Below are positions 20,573 to 31,053 of a stretch of DNA of 64,000 nucleotides, in pieces. The position numbers were made by a program, and so were the translations under genes. The DNA comes from Candidatus Cloacimonadales bacterium (GTDB taxonomy: Bacteria > Cloacimonadota > Cloacimonadia > Cloacimonadales > JAIOQZ01). The DNA lies in the NCBI GenBank assembly GCA_963662655.2, contig CAXXTU010000002.1, positions 1,984,001 to 2,048,000 on the forward strand. Direction: 5' to 3'. Numbering within the stretch: position 1 is the first letter of the stretch; each line of letters starts with the position of its first letter. The notes under the pieces are model-generated. The model saw only the letters and a program-made list of their open reading frames with translations, did no database searches and was not told where the DNA came from.

Positions 20573-22258
20573 TTACGATGAAAGTTTCTTGGTTATAATC
20601 TTTTCGATGATGTAGTAGTCTTTTTTCTGACCCTCGAAGTAGATTCGCATCATGATCTCGCCCAAAAGCCCCATGATGACGATCTGGAAGCTTGATATCG
20701 CCAGAATTCCGAACATCAACAGGATGGAATCGATCGACACGGGAATGGGAAGGAATATCTTCGAGAGCCCGATGACGCCGAGAAGCACGGTGCCACCCGA
20801 AAAAATCTTTCGCGCTAGCTTTCCGAAGAACTGGATCGGGCGTGTCATGTAGTCTGAGAAGAATCGCACGACCAGCAAATCGAAGATCACGCGGGACACA
20901 CGAGAGAGGTTGTACTTGGCACGACCGTGGATGCGGGGATGGTGATTGACGGGGATCTCCGTTACGCGAACGCCGATCCAGGCTGCAAACACGGGAATGA
21001 AGCGGTGCATCTCTCCGTACAGATGAATGTTCTTGATGATCCCCCGCTTGTACGCCTTCAGCGTGCAACCGAAATCGTGCAGCGCGATGCCCGTACCCGA
21101 GATCAGCTTGTTGATGATCGCATTGGCGATTTTCGACGGTATCTTTCGTGTAACCATCTTGTCCTTGCGATCCTTACGCCAGCCGTTCACCAGATCGTAG
21201 CCCTCCGCCATCTTCGCCAGCAGTTTGGGGATGTCGGCCGGATCATTTTGGAGGTCGCCGTCCAGGGTGATGATCACCTTGCCGTGCGCATATTTAAAAC
21301 CTGCGCTGAGCGCGGCGGTTTGGCCGTAGTTCCGGCGGAACTGGATCACCTTGATGTGATCGTCCGCCATCGCCATCTTCTCCATGAGCTCCAGACTACC
21401 GTCCGTGCTACCGTCGTCGATCAGGATGATCTCGTATTTCTGGCGAAGCGGCTCCAGCGCGTTCCTGATCTGCTCGTGAAGTACAGGAAGATTCTCCACT
21501 TCGTCCATGATTGGTACGACAACCGAGAGATCAATCTCCTCTTCAGCCGGTTCAATCTCGAAGGCGGAAAGCATTTTCAGGGGAGCGATGTCGTAGGTTC
21601 TGTCCGAGAACTCCAGCCGGAGCGATCCGTTGAGCTCGTTTTCGGGATTCTTCTCCAGCACCTCGAGCTGCCGCTGGAATTCCATGACCTCCACCTGAGA
21701 AACGTTGTCCGCAAGCAGTTGATTCAGCACTTTTCGCGCTCCTTGCAGATTACCGCTCGTGAGATACACATACCCGAGATTCAGCTTGGCGAAGTAGTAC
21801 TTCGGGTTGATCTCGATCGCCTCATGCAGCACGTTCGACGCGCTGTTGTAGCTCCGCAGATTGTAGTACATCACCCCGATATCGTTGAGAAGCTCCGCGT
21901 TGTCGGGCTCGAGCTCGCGTGCCTGATTCAACACCTTCAGCGCTTGCTCGATCTTGCCCTGTTCATAAAGGATCAGGCCGTAGTTGTAAAGGTATTTGAA
22001 ATTGTTCGGCTCGAGATTGACGGCCTGGTGGAGAAGCTCGCTGCTACGCTCGTAATCGTTGAGCATCTTGTAGGCGTTTCCCAGAACCGAGTGAATCTCC
22101 GACTGGTTCTTGTCCTGTTCGAGCGCGAGTTCCCAATATTTTACAGCTTGCGGCAGGTCGTTGTCTTTGAAATACTTCAGGCCAAGCTTGAAGTAGTTTT
22201 TATTATCGTCCCGCTTAGACCCGTCCGATCGGAAAGCGAGGTTCTTGCCTGGATTCAT
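20573..22258 (-). CDS. TPR-repeat / glycosyltransferase family 2 fusion (DPM1/ArnC/GtrB-like, two C-terminal TMs)
   Basis: About six N-terminal TPRs, then SVVVP, IDDGSTD, RNYGQTAA, DGDLQNDP, DFGCTLKAY, GEMHRFIP; GGAGGA RBS precedes ATG 22258. Confidence 0.88.
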   Translation of the reverse strand: MNPGKNLAFRSDGSKRDDNKNYFKLGLKYFKDNDLPQAVKYWELALEQDKNQSEIHSVLGNAYKMLNDYERSSELLHQAVNLEPNNFKYLYNYGLILYEQGKIEQALKVLNQARELEPDNAELLNDIGVMYYNLRSYNSASNVLHEAIEINPKYYFAKLNLGYVYLTSGNLQGARKVLNQLLADNVSQVEVMEFQRQLEVLEKNPENELNGSLRLEFSDRTYDIAPLKMLSAFEIEPAEEEIDLSVVVPIMDEVENLPVLHEQIRNALEPLRQKYEIILIDDGSTDGSLELMEKMAMADDHIKVIQFRRNYGQTAALSAGFKYAHGKVIITLDGDLQNDPADIPKLLAKMAEGYDLVNGWRKDRKDKMVTRKIPSKIANAIINKLISGTGIALHDFGCTLKAYKRGIIKNIHLYGEMHRFIPVFAAWIGVRVTEIPVNHHPRIHGRAKYNLSRVSRVIFDLLVVRFFSDYMTRPIQFFGKLARKIFSGGTVLLGVIGLSKIFLPIPVSIDSILLMFGILAISSFQIVIMGLLGEIMMRIYFEGQKKDYYIIEKIITKKLSS

Positions 22259-22487
22259 AGAGTCCTCCATAGTGGTGGATGGATGGCGTGTATCGAGCGG
22301 AAAAAAAGGCACATGGATAAGCAGGTGTAATGGATACCCCCGAAGAACACATTCTCATGGCCACTTCCCTGTGACATCATCGTAACTCATTCCTTTGATT
22401 TATGTTGCGTATCACGAACGCCTTGCGAAAGGATAACTTCCGCAGCATAATAGCATGGCATTCCCTTTTTTTCACATATTATCAATA

Positions 22488-22503
22488 TGAAAGGATTGTG
22501 CCA
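22488..22503 (-). promoter_or_regulatory. Possible sigma-54 (-24/-12) promoter upstream of the glycan cluster
   Basis: TGGCAC-AATCC-TTTCA versus consensus TGGCAC-N5-TTGCW; the -12 G is replaced by T. Confidence 0.3.
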
Positions 22504-22602
22504 AACATTGCAGGGCGTGCTTCAGATAGTGTCCGCGGAGCTAAAAATTAGTGATAAAGCGACTTACGGAAACAGTCTCAACGAAATTCACTCGATCGAC
22601 AA

Positions 22603-24909
22603 TCAGGAAAAATGTTTTCTGGGGAAATTATTTCCTTCCTTCGGCTTTGTCACTTCTTCGATCTTCAATACAAGTTGCTGCAAGGAAAGCGGTTTGATGA
22701 TTACGTCTCGGATTCCGTTCTTGCCGATGTCGATTTCATCTTGCCGCTCATGGAATCCGGTACAGATCATGATGGGCGTATCCGGCTTGATCCCGTGGAT
22801 GCTCCGGGCGACATCCAGTCCCGTGACCTCCGGCATCGCGAGGTCCGAGATCACCAAATCGTACTCGTCCGGTGAAGCCCTGAAAAGCTCGATCGCATCC
22901 TGCCCACTCGTTCGTGTAGTTATGCGATACCCGTAGGTTGTCAGCGCTTTGCGAATCATATCCACCACGAAGACCTCGTCGTCCACATACAGGATATGCT
23001 GGGGCGTTGTTTTCGTTCTCGATTCCGATTTTCCGGCAGCATTCGGCAGCGATACCTGCTTTGCCACAGGCAGGTAGACGTCGAAAATCGTTCCCTTGCC
23101 GACTTCGCTCTGCACATCGATCGCACCGTTCAGCGTTGAGACGATGCCCTGGACAATCGCCAGCCCCAGGCCAGAACCCTGATCCTTCGGTTTGGTTGAG
23201 AAATAGGGGTCGAAGATGCGGGTGATGATCGACTCGGGGATACCATGCCCCGTATCTTGCACACGGAGCAAGACATAATGGTTGTAAACGAGCTTCTCGC
23301 GAATGATCGGCGGGATGTTGTTGAAGGGTATGCTGGCAAGGGCGATGGTCAGAACGCCGCCACCCTTTTCCATTGCAAAAGCGGCATTCATACACAAGTT
23401 CAGCACAATCTGATGAATATGCGAGTTATCGGCCATCACAAAATACTGCGATTCAAGAACCGTCTCGACCTTCACCTTGTCCGGTATCAGCGATTTGATC
23501 AACTTCATCGAGTCCTCGATAACCTTGTACACGTTTACCGGAACAAGCTCCCAGTCTGTTCTGCGAGTGAACGTTGTTATCTGGCCGACAAGGTCCTTCG
23601 CCCGCGTGGCCGCGTGGATGATCTCCTGCAAATTCGAACGATTCTCCGGTTGATAATCCATCTCCATGTTGAGTAGCTCCGCGTAACCCAGAATCACGGA
23701 GAGGATGTTGTTGAAATCGTGAGCGATGCCTCCTGCAAGCGTTCCGATCGCTTCCATTTTTTGCTTGTGGCGAAGCTGTTGCTCAAGCATCTTCCTCTGG
23801 GTCAAGTCCCGTAGAATTCCCTGAACGAGAAAACCGTCGGAAGATTCGAGGTACGTTACGGACGCTTCGAATTCAATTTCTTCTCCGTCACGAGTTATCC
23901 CGGTGATGAAATATGTTCCCGAAACAGACTGCCTTTCCATGATCTTTTTTCTACGATCGATGAGCGCTTGGCGGCTCGAAGGGGCAACCAGCGTGAAGAA
24001 ATCGAAGTCCGTGCCCGTGATCTCCTCTCTCGAGTAACCGAAGGTGTCTGTAAACTTCTTGTTCACGATTTCCAGTTTATCGTTAACCATCAGGTAGATC
24101 GCATCATTCGAAGTCTCGATCAGTCGCCGGTATTTTTCCTCGCTGTCTCGAAGAGCCTTCTCTGCGTCCTCGCGCTCGATCGTCCGCTCGCGCAGCGTGG
24201 TAACCATCGAGTTGATGCCGTGCTGCAATCTCGAGAGCTCAGGTGAATTGTCGATATCGCGGATCGTGGCGGAATAATTTCCCTCTTCGATTTTCTGAAC
24301 ACAGGCGAGCATCCCGTTGATTCGTTTCACGACCTGCTTGATCATGAAGCTCGCAAGCGTTAGCGTCACAAGCATAACGGCAAGCGAAACAAGAATGACC
24401 AGGATAAGGAAATTGTTGCGATACGCGTACATCTCCGATTTGGTTATGGAGAGCACGAACAGCCAGTCCCACGAATCGAATACCGAGAATGTGGTGAAGT
24501 ACTTCACGCCCTCACTTTCAATCCATAGATAGCCGTTGTTCCTCTCGTACATCTCTTTGATAACTTCCTCAGGCACGATGAGGTTCTTCGGCTGCAAATC
24601 GTTTGCTCCCGCATTTCCCTTGATAATCGTCAAGCTGCCGGTCTCGCCGAACACATAGCCGAAATACTGTCGTAAAAACTCGTCCTGCTTCCGTTTGATG
24701 AAGTCCTGATTGGTGATGCCCCACTTCTTCATGGTCGAGTGAACTTGATTTGCCGAGAGGAGAACTCGATTCAATTCCTGAAGCATCTCCCGCTCGTACT
24801 GACCTCTGATGACTTCCTGTATCGTTAACCAACCGATTAAAATCAGCGCCAGTGTCATTAACAGCAACGACCCGCCGATGAAGAGTATGATCCGACTCTG
24901 CAATCTCAT
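22603..24909 (-). CDS. Membrane hybrid sensor kinase (TM-Cache-TM-HAMP-PAS-HisKA-HATPase-REC)
   Basis: GGIAHDFNN H-box, NLCMNA, DTGHG, GSGLGL, receiver VDDE...SDLAMP...IKP. Confidence 0.92.
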   Translation of the reverse strand: MRLQSRIILFIGGSLLLMTLALILIGWLTIQEVIRGQYEREMLQELNRVLLSANQVHSTMKKWGITNQDFIKRKQDEFLRQYFGYVFGETGSLTIIKGNAGANDLQPKNLIVPEEVIKEMYERNNGYLWIESEGVKYFTTFSVFDSWDWLFVLSITKSEMYAYRNNFLILVILVSLAVMLVTLTLASFMIKQVVKRINGMLACVQKIEEGNYSATIRDIDNSPELSRLQHGINSMVTTLRERTIEREDAEKALRDSEEKYRRLIETSNDAIYLMVNDKLEIVNKKFTDTFGYSREEITGTDFDFFTLVAPSSRQALIDRRKKIMERQSVSGTYFITGITRDGEEIEFEASVTYLESSDGFLVQGILRDLTQRKMLEQQLRHKQKMEAIGTLAGGIAHDFNNILSVILGYAELLNMEMDYQPENRSNLQEIIHAATRAKDLVGQITTFTRRTDWELVPVNVYKVIEDSMKLIKSLIPDKVKVETVLESQYFVMADNSHIHQIVLNLCMNAAFAMEKGGGVLTIALASIPFNNIPPIIREKLVYNHYVLLRVQDTGHGIPESIITRIFDPYFSTKPKDQGSGLGLAIVQGIVSTLNGAIDVQSEVGKGTIFDVYLPVAKQVSLPNAAGKSESRTKTTPQHILYVDDEVFVVDMIRKALTTYGYRITTRTSGQDAIELFRASPDEYDLVISDLAMPEVTGLDVARSIHGIKPDTPIMICTGFHERQDEIDIGKNGIRDVIIKPLSLQQLVLKIEEVTKPKEGNNFPRKHFS

Positions 24910-24913
24910 TCGC

Positions 24914-26068
24914 CTAATCCTGTTCAGGTTCCGCTATCTGGATTTCCTTGTATATATTGTCCGCCATCTCCAAAACGTTTATCGGCACGTCGAGGCCTAT
25001 TCTTCGTGCCGTTTCGAGATTGATGGAAAGCATCGGCGGCGATTGGAACTGGTTTTCCTGCTCTCCTGGAACCGCCCCGTTGATAATCCGACCGATCGCC
25101 TTGGCGATGAACAGCCCGACAATATCCGGCCTCTCGGTTTCCAGACTCATCAGCACACCATAAGGAACATCCTCGATTCCGGATTGAGAAAAGGTAGGAA
25201 CGTTATAGTTGAAAAAGGGTTCCAGCAGGGCAGGCATGTTCTCCGGAAGCATGGTTTCGTATTCTGTAAGGTATGCCGCGTCAACTTGGGGGGCTAATCG
25301 TTTATGGGCAGCGATCAAGTCTCGCAATGTCTCATCACGGTCAGGCCTGTCTTGAACGCAATGCTCCTCGACAACCTCGAATCCGAATAACTTGCTCATC
25401 TTGTGCACGGTTTCCAGCGCGGCATAGCTTCTTCCTGTGGGCGTATCCTCATACACGACACCCAGTTTCTTGAAACCAATAACATCGAAGAACGTTTGCA
25501 ACTGCATTTCATAACGATACGGAAAACTGGCAACGAATGTGTGGGGAAATCCATTGTCGTCGTAGGCGGGAATGATCTTCGACATGACGGGATCGGATGT
25601 GCTGAAAACGATCACGGGGGTATGGTGACGGTCATTCACCAGATCCTGCCCTGCCCACGTACCGGCTGCGAAAACCATGTCGATACCGCTATCTTCGGCG
25701 TTGAGGCGATCGATGATTTCGTCTCGTAAGAGAGCGCGTTTCGCGTTATCCCAATTCGCATCCCAAAACGCGTCTTTCACGAACTCGATCCGCTTGTTAC
25801 TTACCTGATCGTTAAGCCACAGCCAAACGCCGCGATTCTCTTCGTCGACCAACTCCTCCGGCAATTCATCGTACGTAATCCAACCGAATTCCTTCAGCCC
25901 CTGGATGATCCCGAGTAAGTTCTCAAAATAGTCTTTGTATTCACCTCCCTGATAAAGCGCAACCCGCCAGGGTTTCGACGGATATGTCTGCAGAGGAGAC
26001 TCGCCCTGCGCGGCAAGAAGGAATGCAAACAGTTGAATCAAAAGAATAAACGCAATTCTTGTTTTCAA
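24914..26068 (-). CDS. Periplasmic ABC-type substrate-binding protein (no transporter genes adjacent)
   Basis: Signal peptide, AAGTWAG, STSDPV, KKLGVVYED, INLETARRIG. Confidence 0.8.
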   Translation of the reverse strand: MKTRIAFILLIQLFAFLLAAQGESPLQTYPSKPWRVALYQGGEYKDYFENLLGIIQGLKEFGWITYDELPEELVDEENRGVWLWLNDQVSNKRIEFVKDAFWDANWDNAKRALLRDEIIDRLNAEDSGIDMVFAAGTWAGQDLVNDRHHTPVIVFSTSDPVMSKIIPAYDDNGFPHTFVASFPYRYEMQLQTFFDVIGFKKLGVVYEDTPTGRSYAALETVHKMSKLFGFEVVEEHCVQDRPDRDETLRDLIAAHKRLAPQVDAAYLTEYETMLPENMPALLEPFFNYNVPTFSQSGIEDVPYGVLMSLETERPDIVGLFIAKAIGRIINGAVPGEQENQFQSPPMLSINLETARRIGLDVPINVLEMADNIYKEIQIAEPEQD

Positions 26069-26463
26069 TATCCGCTCCCTTGTTTATCCTGGATTCTATC
26101 GAAATTTCTCAGAAAATCCTGTTACGTTTTCTAGGTTAACTCATTTCAGACCATGTAAAACCTAATATCAAACCGCCCGATATACAACAAAAACCATCGT
26201 TACGACGTAATAATTCTGGAGATAACCTCATTGATTGTTTATTTTTAACCATTCATCGCCATAAATTATATTCCTGCGTATGCGGATTTTCATATTGACG
26301 AACCTGAAAATTTGTTATACCATTTTATATAGTTAATTCTTTTGGTGATAAGAGTATTTACTGTGGCGAAGAAGCGAAAAGCTCCGTCAACGGGCCCGAT
26401 CATTAAAGGGCAGTGAAGAATCCTTTTCACAGCACAACATAACAAATTATACAGGAGAATGTT

Positions 26464-27072
26464 ATGAAAGAGAAGATTCTGCTGGTCGATGACGACGAAA
26501 ATCTCCTTCAGGCCCTTACGAGACACCTCAGAAAGCATTTCGATGTCGTAACCGCGACCGACGCAGTCAGGGCTCTGGAAATACTCGATGAAAATCCCGA
26601 TTTCCCTGTCATCGTTGCCGACCTGAACATGCCGGGGATGGATGGTATCGATTTCTTCATCAAGGCGAAGGAACATCACCCCAATGTAATACGCATCATG
26701 CTTTCGGGGAATATCGACTTCACTCAATCGGTCCGGGCCGTTAACGAAGGAAATGTCTATCGCTTCCTCTCGAAGCCTTTCCCGGCAAAAAAACTAGTAC
26801 AAGTTCTCGGTAATGCCGTGGACCAGTACAAGCTGAATGTCGCCATCTCAAATCAACTGGCATTACAGAAACAACTAGGGCAAACCATCTCGACTTGTTC
26901 TTATTGCAATCGTATCAAGGACACCGATCCGCTCGACGAAGACAAGATGATTTGGGAGCGCTTCGAGCTATATCTGTCTCGCAAATTCGGGTTCAGGTTT
27001 TCACACTGCGTATGCCCTGATTGCGTGAAGAAACTCTACGAAGAGCTTGAGAATATGCGGGAATTCAGCTAA
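26464..27072 (+). CDS. Response regulator with C-terminal Cys-motif (putative Zn-binding) domain
   Basis: VDDD...ADLNMP...SKP; CSYCNRI...SHCVCPDC. Confidence 0.88.
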   Translation: MKEKILLVDDDENLLQALTRHLRKHFDVVTATDAVRALEILDENPDFPVIVADLNMPGMDGIDFFIKAKEHHPNVIRIMLSGNIDFTQSVRAVNEGNVYRFLSKPFPAKKLVQVLGNAVDQYKLNVAISNQLALQKQLGQTISTCSYCNRIKDTDPLDEDKMIWERFELYLSRKFGFRFSHCVCPDCVKKLYEELENMREFS

Positions 27073-27091
27073 AGGTAGCAAGGAGAAACGA

Positions 27092-28219
27092 ATGCACGAA
27101 GAAGTCCTCTTTGTTGATGATGAAGAAAACATCCTGAATTCATTCAAGAGATCGTTCAGGAACAAGCTTGCTTTTGACTGTGCCAATAGCGGGACAGAGG
27201 CCCTCGAGGCAATCAAGGAAAAGCCCTACGCGGTTGTCGTTTCCGACTACATGATGCCGGGAATGAACGGAATCGAGCTTCTCGCCGAGATCAGCCGGCG
27301 TGCGCCGGAAACCGTTCGGGTAATGCTGACCGGGCAAGCCGACATCACGACGGCCGTGAACGCCGTGAACGAAGGCCAGATATTCCGTTTCCTCACCAAG
27401 CCCTCCCCTCCGACAGAAATTCTCAAGGCGGTTCACGCGGCGATCGAGCAATATCGCCTGATCACAGCCGAAAAGGAGCTTCTGGGTAAAACCCTCCGGG
27501 GCAGCGTGAAGGTTCTCACCGAGATTCTATCCTTCGTCAGCCCGGTGGCCTCCGGCAAAACATCCCGCATTCAGCGCTACGTCAATGAGTTGACAGCGGA
27601 ATTGAATCTGGAGGAGGATTGGAAATTCGATCTCGCGGCGATGCTCTCGCTGGTTGGCTGTATCACCCTTCCGCCGGAGATCGTGGACAAGTATTTTGCC
27701 AACGAGAAGCTTACCGAGAACGAATTCGCGCTGTTCAAGGAACATCCGAAGGTGGCCAAGAAGCTTATCGCGAATATCCCCCGCCTCGAATCGATCGCGT
27801 ACATGATTTCAGGGCAACTCACGGATTACGCGGAGTTCCCCGATACGAAGCAGAAAATGCCGTTCGTCGTCGGCGCGCAACTCCTGAAAATCGCCATCGA
27901 TTTCGATTCGTTCATCAATCTCGGGCTTCATCAATCAGAGGCAGTCCAGCTCATGAAGAAGAAAGAGGGAGTTTACAATCCTCAATTGCTCGAAGCCCTG
28001 TCGAAAATCCAGATCGAGAAATCCAACTCCCGCGTGAGGATGGTTGAAGTGCGGTCTCTCAACACGCACATGATTTTCGATCAAAACGTAAATGCATCGA
28101 ACGGACTGGTGCTGGTTAGAAAGGGAAAAGAAGTCACATTCACTGTCATTGAACTTCTCAAATCCTTTTCCGAGGGGATTGGCGTGCAGCAACCGATCCG
28201 GGTAATCGAGTTTCTGTAG
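27092..28219 (+). CDS. Response regulator with degenerate HD/HD-GYP-like domain
   Basis: VDDE...SDYMMP...TKP; AAMLSLVGC in place of LHDIGK; HP...IPRLE. Confidence 0.85.
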   Translation: MHEEVLFVDDEENILNSFKRSFRNKLAFDCANSGTEALEAIKEKPYAVVVSDYMMPGMNGIELLAEISRRAPETVRVMLTGQADITTAVNAVNEGQIFRFLTKPSPPTEILKAVHAAIEQYRLITAEKELLGKTLRGSVKVLTEILSFVSPVASGKTSRIQRYVNELTAELNLEEDWKFDLAAMLSLVGCITLPPEIVDKYFANEKLTENEFALFKEHPKVAKKLIANIPRLESIAYMISGQLTDYAEFPDTKQKMPFVVGAQLLKIAIDFDSFINLGLHQSEAVQLMKKKEGVYNPQLLEALSKIQIEKSNSRVRMVEVRSLNTHMIFDQNVNASNGLVLVRKGKEVTFTVIELLKSFSEGIGVQQPIRVIEFL

Positions 28220-28228
28220 GAGTGCATC

Positions 28229-29845
28229 ATGAGAGCATTGATAGCCGATGACGATAAACTTATTCAGGTGGTTCTGAAAGGCCACATGTCAAACTGGGGT
28301 TTTGAGCCGGTCATTGTGGAAAACGGTATCGACGCGCTGGAAGAGCTGAACAGGCCCAACCCGCCGATGATCGTTACGCTCGATTGGTCCATGCCCGGAC
28401 TAGGTGGAATCGAAGTTTGCAAAGAGATCCGCGCAAAACACCCGACAATACCATTCTACATCCTCATCATTACGGCGAAAGGGGAAAAAGACCATCTCGT
28501 CAGCGCTCTCAACGCCGGAGCGAACGATTTCATACGTAAACCGTTCGATATTTCGGAGTTGAAGGCACGTCTGGAGACGGGAAGGCGCATTGTCTCCATG
28601 CAAAGTAGATTGCAGAACCAGAGCCGGGCAAACAGGCAGCTTATCGAGTCGATAAAGTCCATTCTGATATGTGTGAACGAAAACGACATGGTAATGCGAT
28701 GGAATCAAAGCGCAGTGAAAGCTTTTGGGCTTTCGGAGAAAGATGCGTTCGAGAAAGATTTCTCCAAACTCCCGATTCATTGGGACTGGAAAAAGCTTGG
28801 GGCAATGATCGATAAATGTATCGTTACGGACACGCCAACAAGTATAAACGATTTCAGCTATACAAACCAGAATGAGCAGGAAAGATTTCTCAATGTAAAG
28901 ATAAATCCTTACGTCGGCAGTACGATCGATACTCGAGGTTTTTTGATTCTGGCAGACGACGTGACCGAGCAAAGGTTCATCGAGTCGCAGTTCATGCACT
29001 CCCAAAAGCTCGAGTCAATCGGTCAGCTTGCCGCCGGTATCGCCCATGAAATCAACACTCCCGTGCAGTTCGTAACGGATAATACGGAATTCCTGAAGGA
29101 GTCGTTCGAGTCCATCTCCAACGTGCTCTCCTTCTGCGAGAACACCCTCGATCTGTTGGGAGGCATTGAAGCGATCAAGGAACTCGCCGAAAAATTCAAG
29201 GACGTGAAAGAAGAAAACGATACGGAATTCCTGCTGGAAGAAATTCCCAATGCCCTCTTGCAGAACCTGGAAGGCCTTCAGAAAATTGCGGTCATCGTGA
29301 AAGCGATGAAATCCTTCTCGTACCCTGCGCAAACGGAGATGGTTCCCGTCGATCTCGCGGAGTCGATCCAGAACACGGTCACGGTCGCGAGAAACGAGTG
29401 GAAGTATGTCTCCGACCTCGAAACGGATTTCGATGAAGACCTTCCATCCGTGTACTGCCACCCGGGAGAGCTGAATCAGGTGTTTCTCAACTTGATTATC
29501 AACGCCGTGCATGCAATTCAGGAGAATCTGGAGAACCAGAAGAATTCGAAAGGAAAGATCACGATTACAACAAAGCGAGAAGGCGAGTTTGCTCGAATCG
29601 AAATCGCAGATACCGGGAACGGTATTCCGCAGAGCGTTCAAAGCCGCATTTTCGATCCATTCTTCACGACCAAGGAAGTTGGTAAGGGTACCGGACAGGG
29701 ATTGTTCATCAGCCACTCCGTCGTTGTGGACAAACATCATGGTTCGATCTCGTTCAAGACTGCGGAAGGCCGGGGCACCACTTTCATCATAAAAATCCCT
29801 CTACTTCCCGCCACAACGACAGAGGAAGGAACAGATGGAAAATAA
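28229..29845 (+). CDS. Soluble REC-PAS histidine kinase
   Basis: ADDD...LDWSMP...RKP, AAGIAHEINTP, ARNEWKYV, NLIINA, GTGQGL. Confidence 0.92.
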   Translation: MRALIADDDKLIQVVLKGHMSNWGFEPVIVENGIDALEELNRPNPPMIVTLDWSMPGLGGIEVCKEIRAKHPTIPFYILIITAKGEKDHLVSALNAGANDFIRKPFDISELKARLETGRRIVSMQSRLQNQSRANRQLIESIKSILICVNENDMVMRWNQSAVKAFGLSEKDAFEKDFSKLPIHWDWKKLGAMIDKCIVTDTPTSINDFSYTNQNEQERFLNVKINPYVGSTIDTRGFLILADDVTEQRFIESQFMHSQKLESIGQLAAGIAHEINTPVQFVTDNTEFLKESFESISNVLSFCENTLDLLGGIEAIKELAEKFKDVKEENDTEFLLEEIPNALLQNLEGLQKIAVIVKAMKSFSYPAQTEMVPVDLAESIQNTVTVARNEWKYVSDLETDFDEDLPSVYCHPGELNQVFLNLIINAVHAIQENLENQKNSKGKITITTKREGEFARIEIADTGNGIPQSVQSRIFDPFFTTKEVGKGTGQGLFISHSVVVDKHHGSISFKTAEGRGTTFIIKIPLLPATTTEEGTDGK

Positions 29846-31043
29846 AAAGCTTAAAATCCTGTTTGTTGACGACGAACGCAAAATCCTCGACGGAATCCGC
29901 CGAAAGCTCCACTCCATGCGCAATGAATGGGACATGGTTTTCGCCGTGGGCGGTTATGAAGCGAAAAAACACATGATCGAGACCAAGTTCGACGTTATCG
30001 TTACCGACATGAAGATGCCCGGGACAAGCGGTCAGGAACTACTCAATATCGTGCGCGACAAACATCCTGAAATGATCCGGCTCGTACTTTCGGGGTACAG
30101 CGATCAGGAAATCATCATGCAGACGACGAAGACCGCTCATCAATATCTGAGCAAGCCTTGCAACGTGAGCGACATCAAGGCAGCGATCCAGCGGAGTATT
30201 TCCCTGCGGAAGCTACTGAAGAATCCTCGTCTCACGCGGCTTGTCACGCAGATGAAGACCATCCCGAGCCTCCCCACCATTTACAACGAGATCATGGAAG
30301 AGATACAGAAGCCCGATTCATCCCTGCACGTAGTCGGCGAAATCGTCTCCAAAGATATCGGCATGAGCGCCAAGATCCTCCAGCTTGTGAACACCTCTTT
30401 CTTTGGCGTTGCCCACCACGTTCAATCCGTTGAGCAGGCTGTCGCCCTGCTGGGACTGGACATCATACGCAGCCTCGTCCTTTCGTTTAACCTTTTCGAG
30501 AAGTTCAAGGATAACAAGGTCAATCTGCCGACCTTAAACCGGGTCTGGAACCACAGCATGGAGGTAGCGAGTTACGCGAAACTGCTGAGTGAAAACTTCG
30601 GCCTCGATTCGAAGCAGGTCGACTACTCCTATATCGCCGGTATGTTGCACGACATCGGGAAGCTGATTCTGATCTCGGAAGTACCGGCAACCTACCTCTC
30701 GATCAGGAAAGATTCGGAAGAAAGCGGAACGCAGCTATATGTAAAAGAAGTGGAGGCGTTCCACACGAGCCATGCGGAGCTCGGGGCTTATCTCCTGGGA
30801 CTTTGGGGGCTCCAGCAGCCGATCATCGAGGCAATTGCCTATCATCACACACCATCCCTGTCGAACTCGGATTGCCTTACGCCGCTTGTCTCCGTTTACC
30901 TCGCCAATTATTTCGATTACCAGTTCACGCCATCGAGAAGAGAGGGGCCGGCCCCCGTTCTCGACATGGAATTCATCGAGCAGGTCGGCTTGAGCAAGAA
31001 GATTGACAAGTTACAAAAGTATATTTTGAAGCAGCAAAGGTAA
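29835..31043 (+). CDS. REC-HDOD protein
   Basis: VDDE...TDMKMP; PSLP, KILQLVN, LLG, WNHS, LHDIGK, HAELGAYLLGLWGL, YHH. Confidence 0.92.
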   Translation: MENKKLKILFVDDERKILDGIRRKLHSMRNEWDMVFAVGGYEAKKHMIETKFDVIVTDMKMPGTSGQELLNIVRDKHPEMIRLVLSGYSDQEIIMQTTKTAHQYLSKPCNVSDIKAAIQRSISLRKLLKNPRLTRLVTQMKTIPSLPTIYNEIMEEIQKPDSSLHVVGEIVSKDIGMSAKILQLVNTSFFGVAHHVQSVEQAVALLGLDIIRSLVLSFNLFEKFKDNKVNLPTLNRVWNHSMEVASYAKLLSENFGLDSKQVDYSYIAGMLHDIGKLILISEVPATYLSIRKDSEESGTQLYVKEVEAFHTSHAELGAYLLGLWGLQQPIIEAIAYHHTPSLSNSDCLTPLVSVYLANYFDYQFTPSRREGPAPVLDMEFIEQVGLSKKIDKLQKYILKQQR

Positions 31044-31053
31044 TGAGTTCAAC

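Noticed and set aside
26364..26430. Three small hairpins upstream of the signalling operon as a c-di-GMP riboswitch
   Set aside because: They lack the GACGCAAA-type class I core and the class II consensus, and the short stems could be chance
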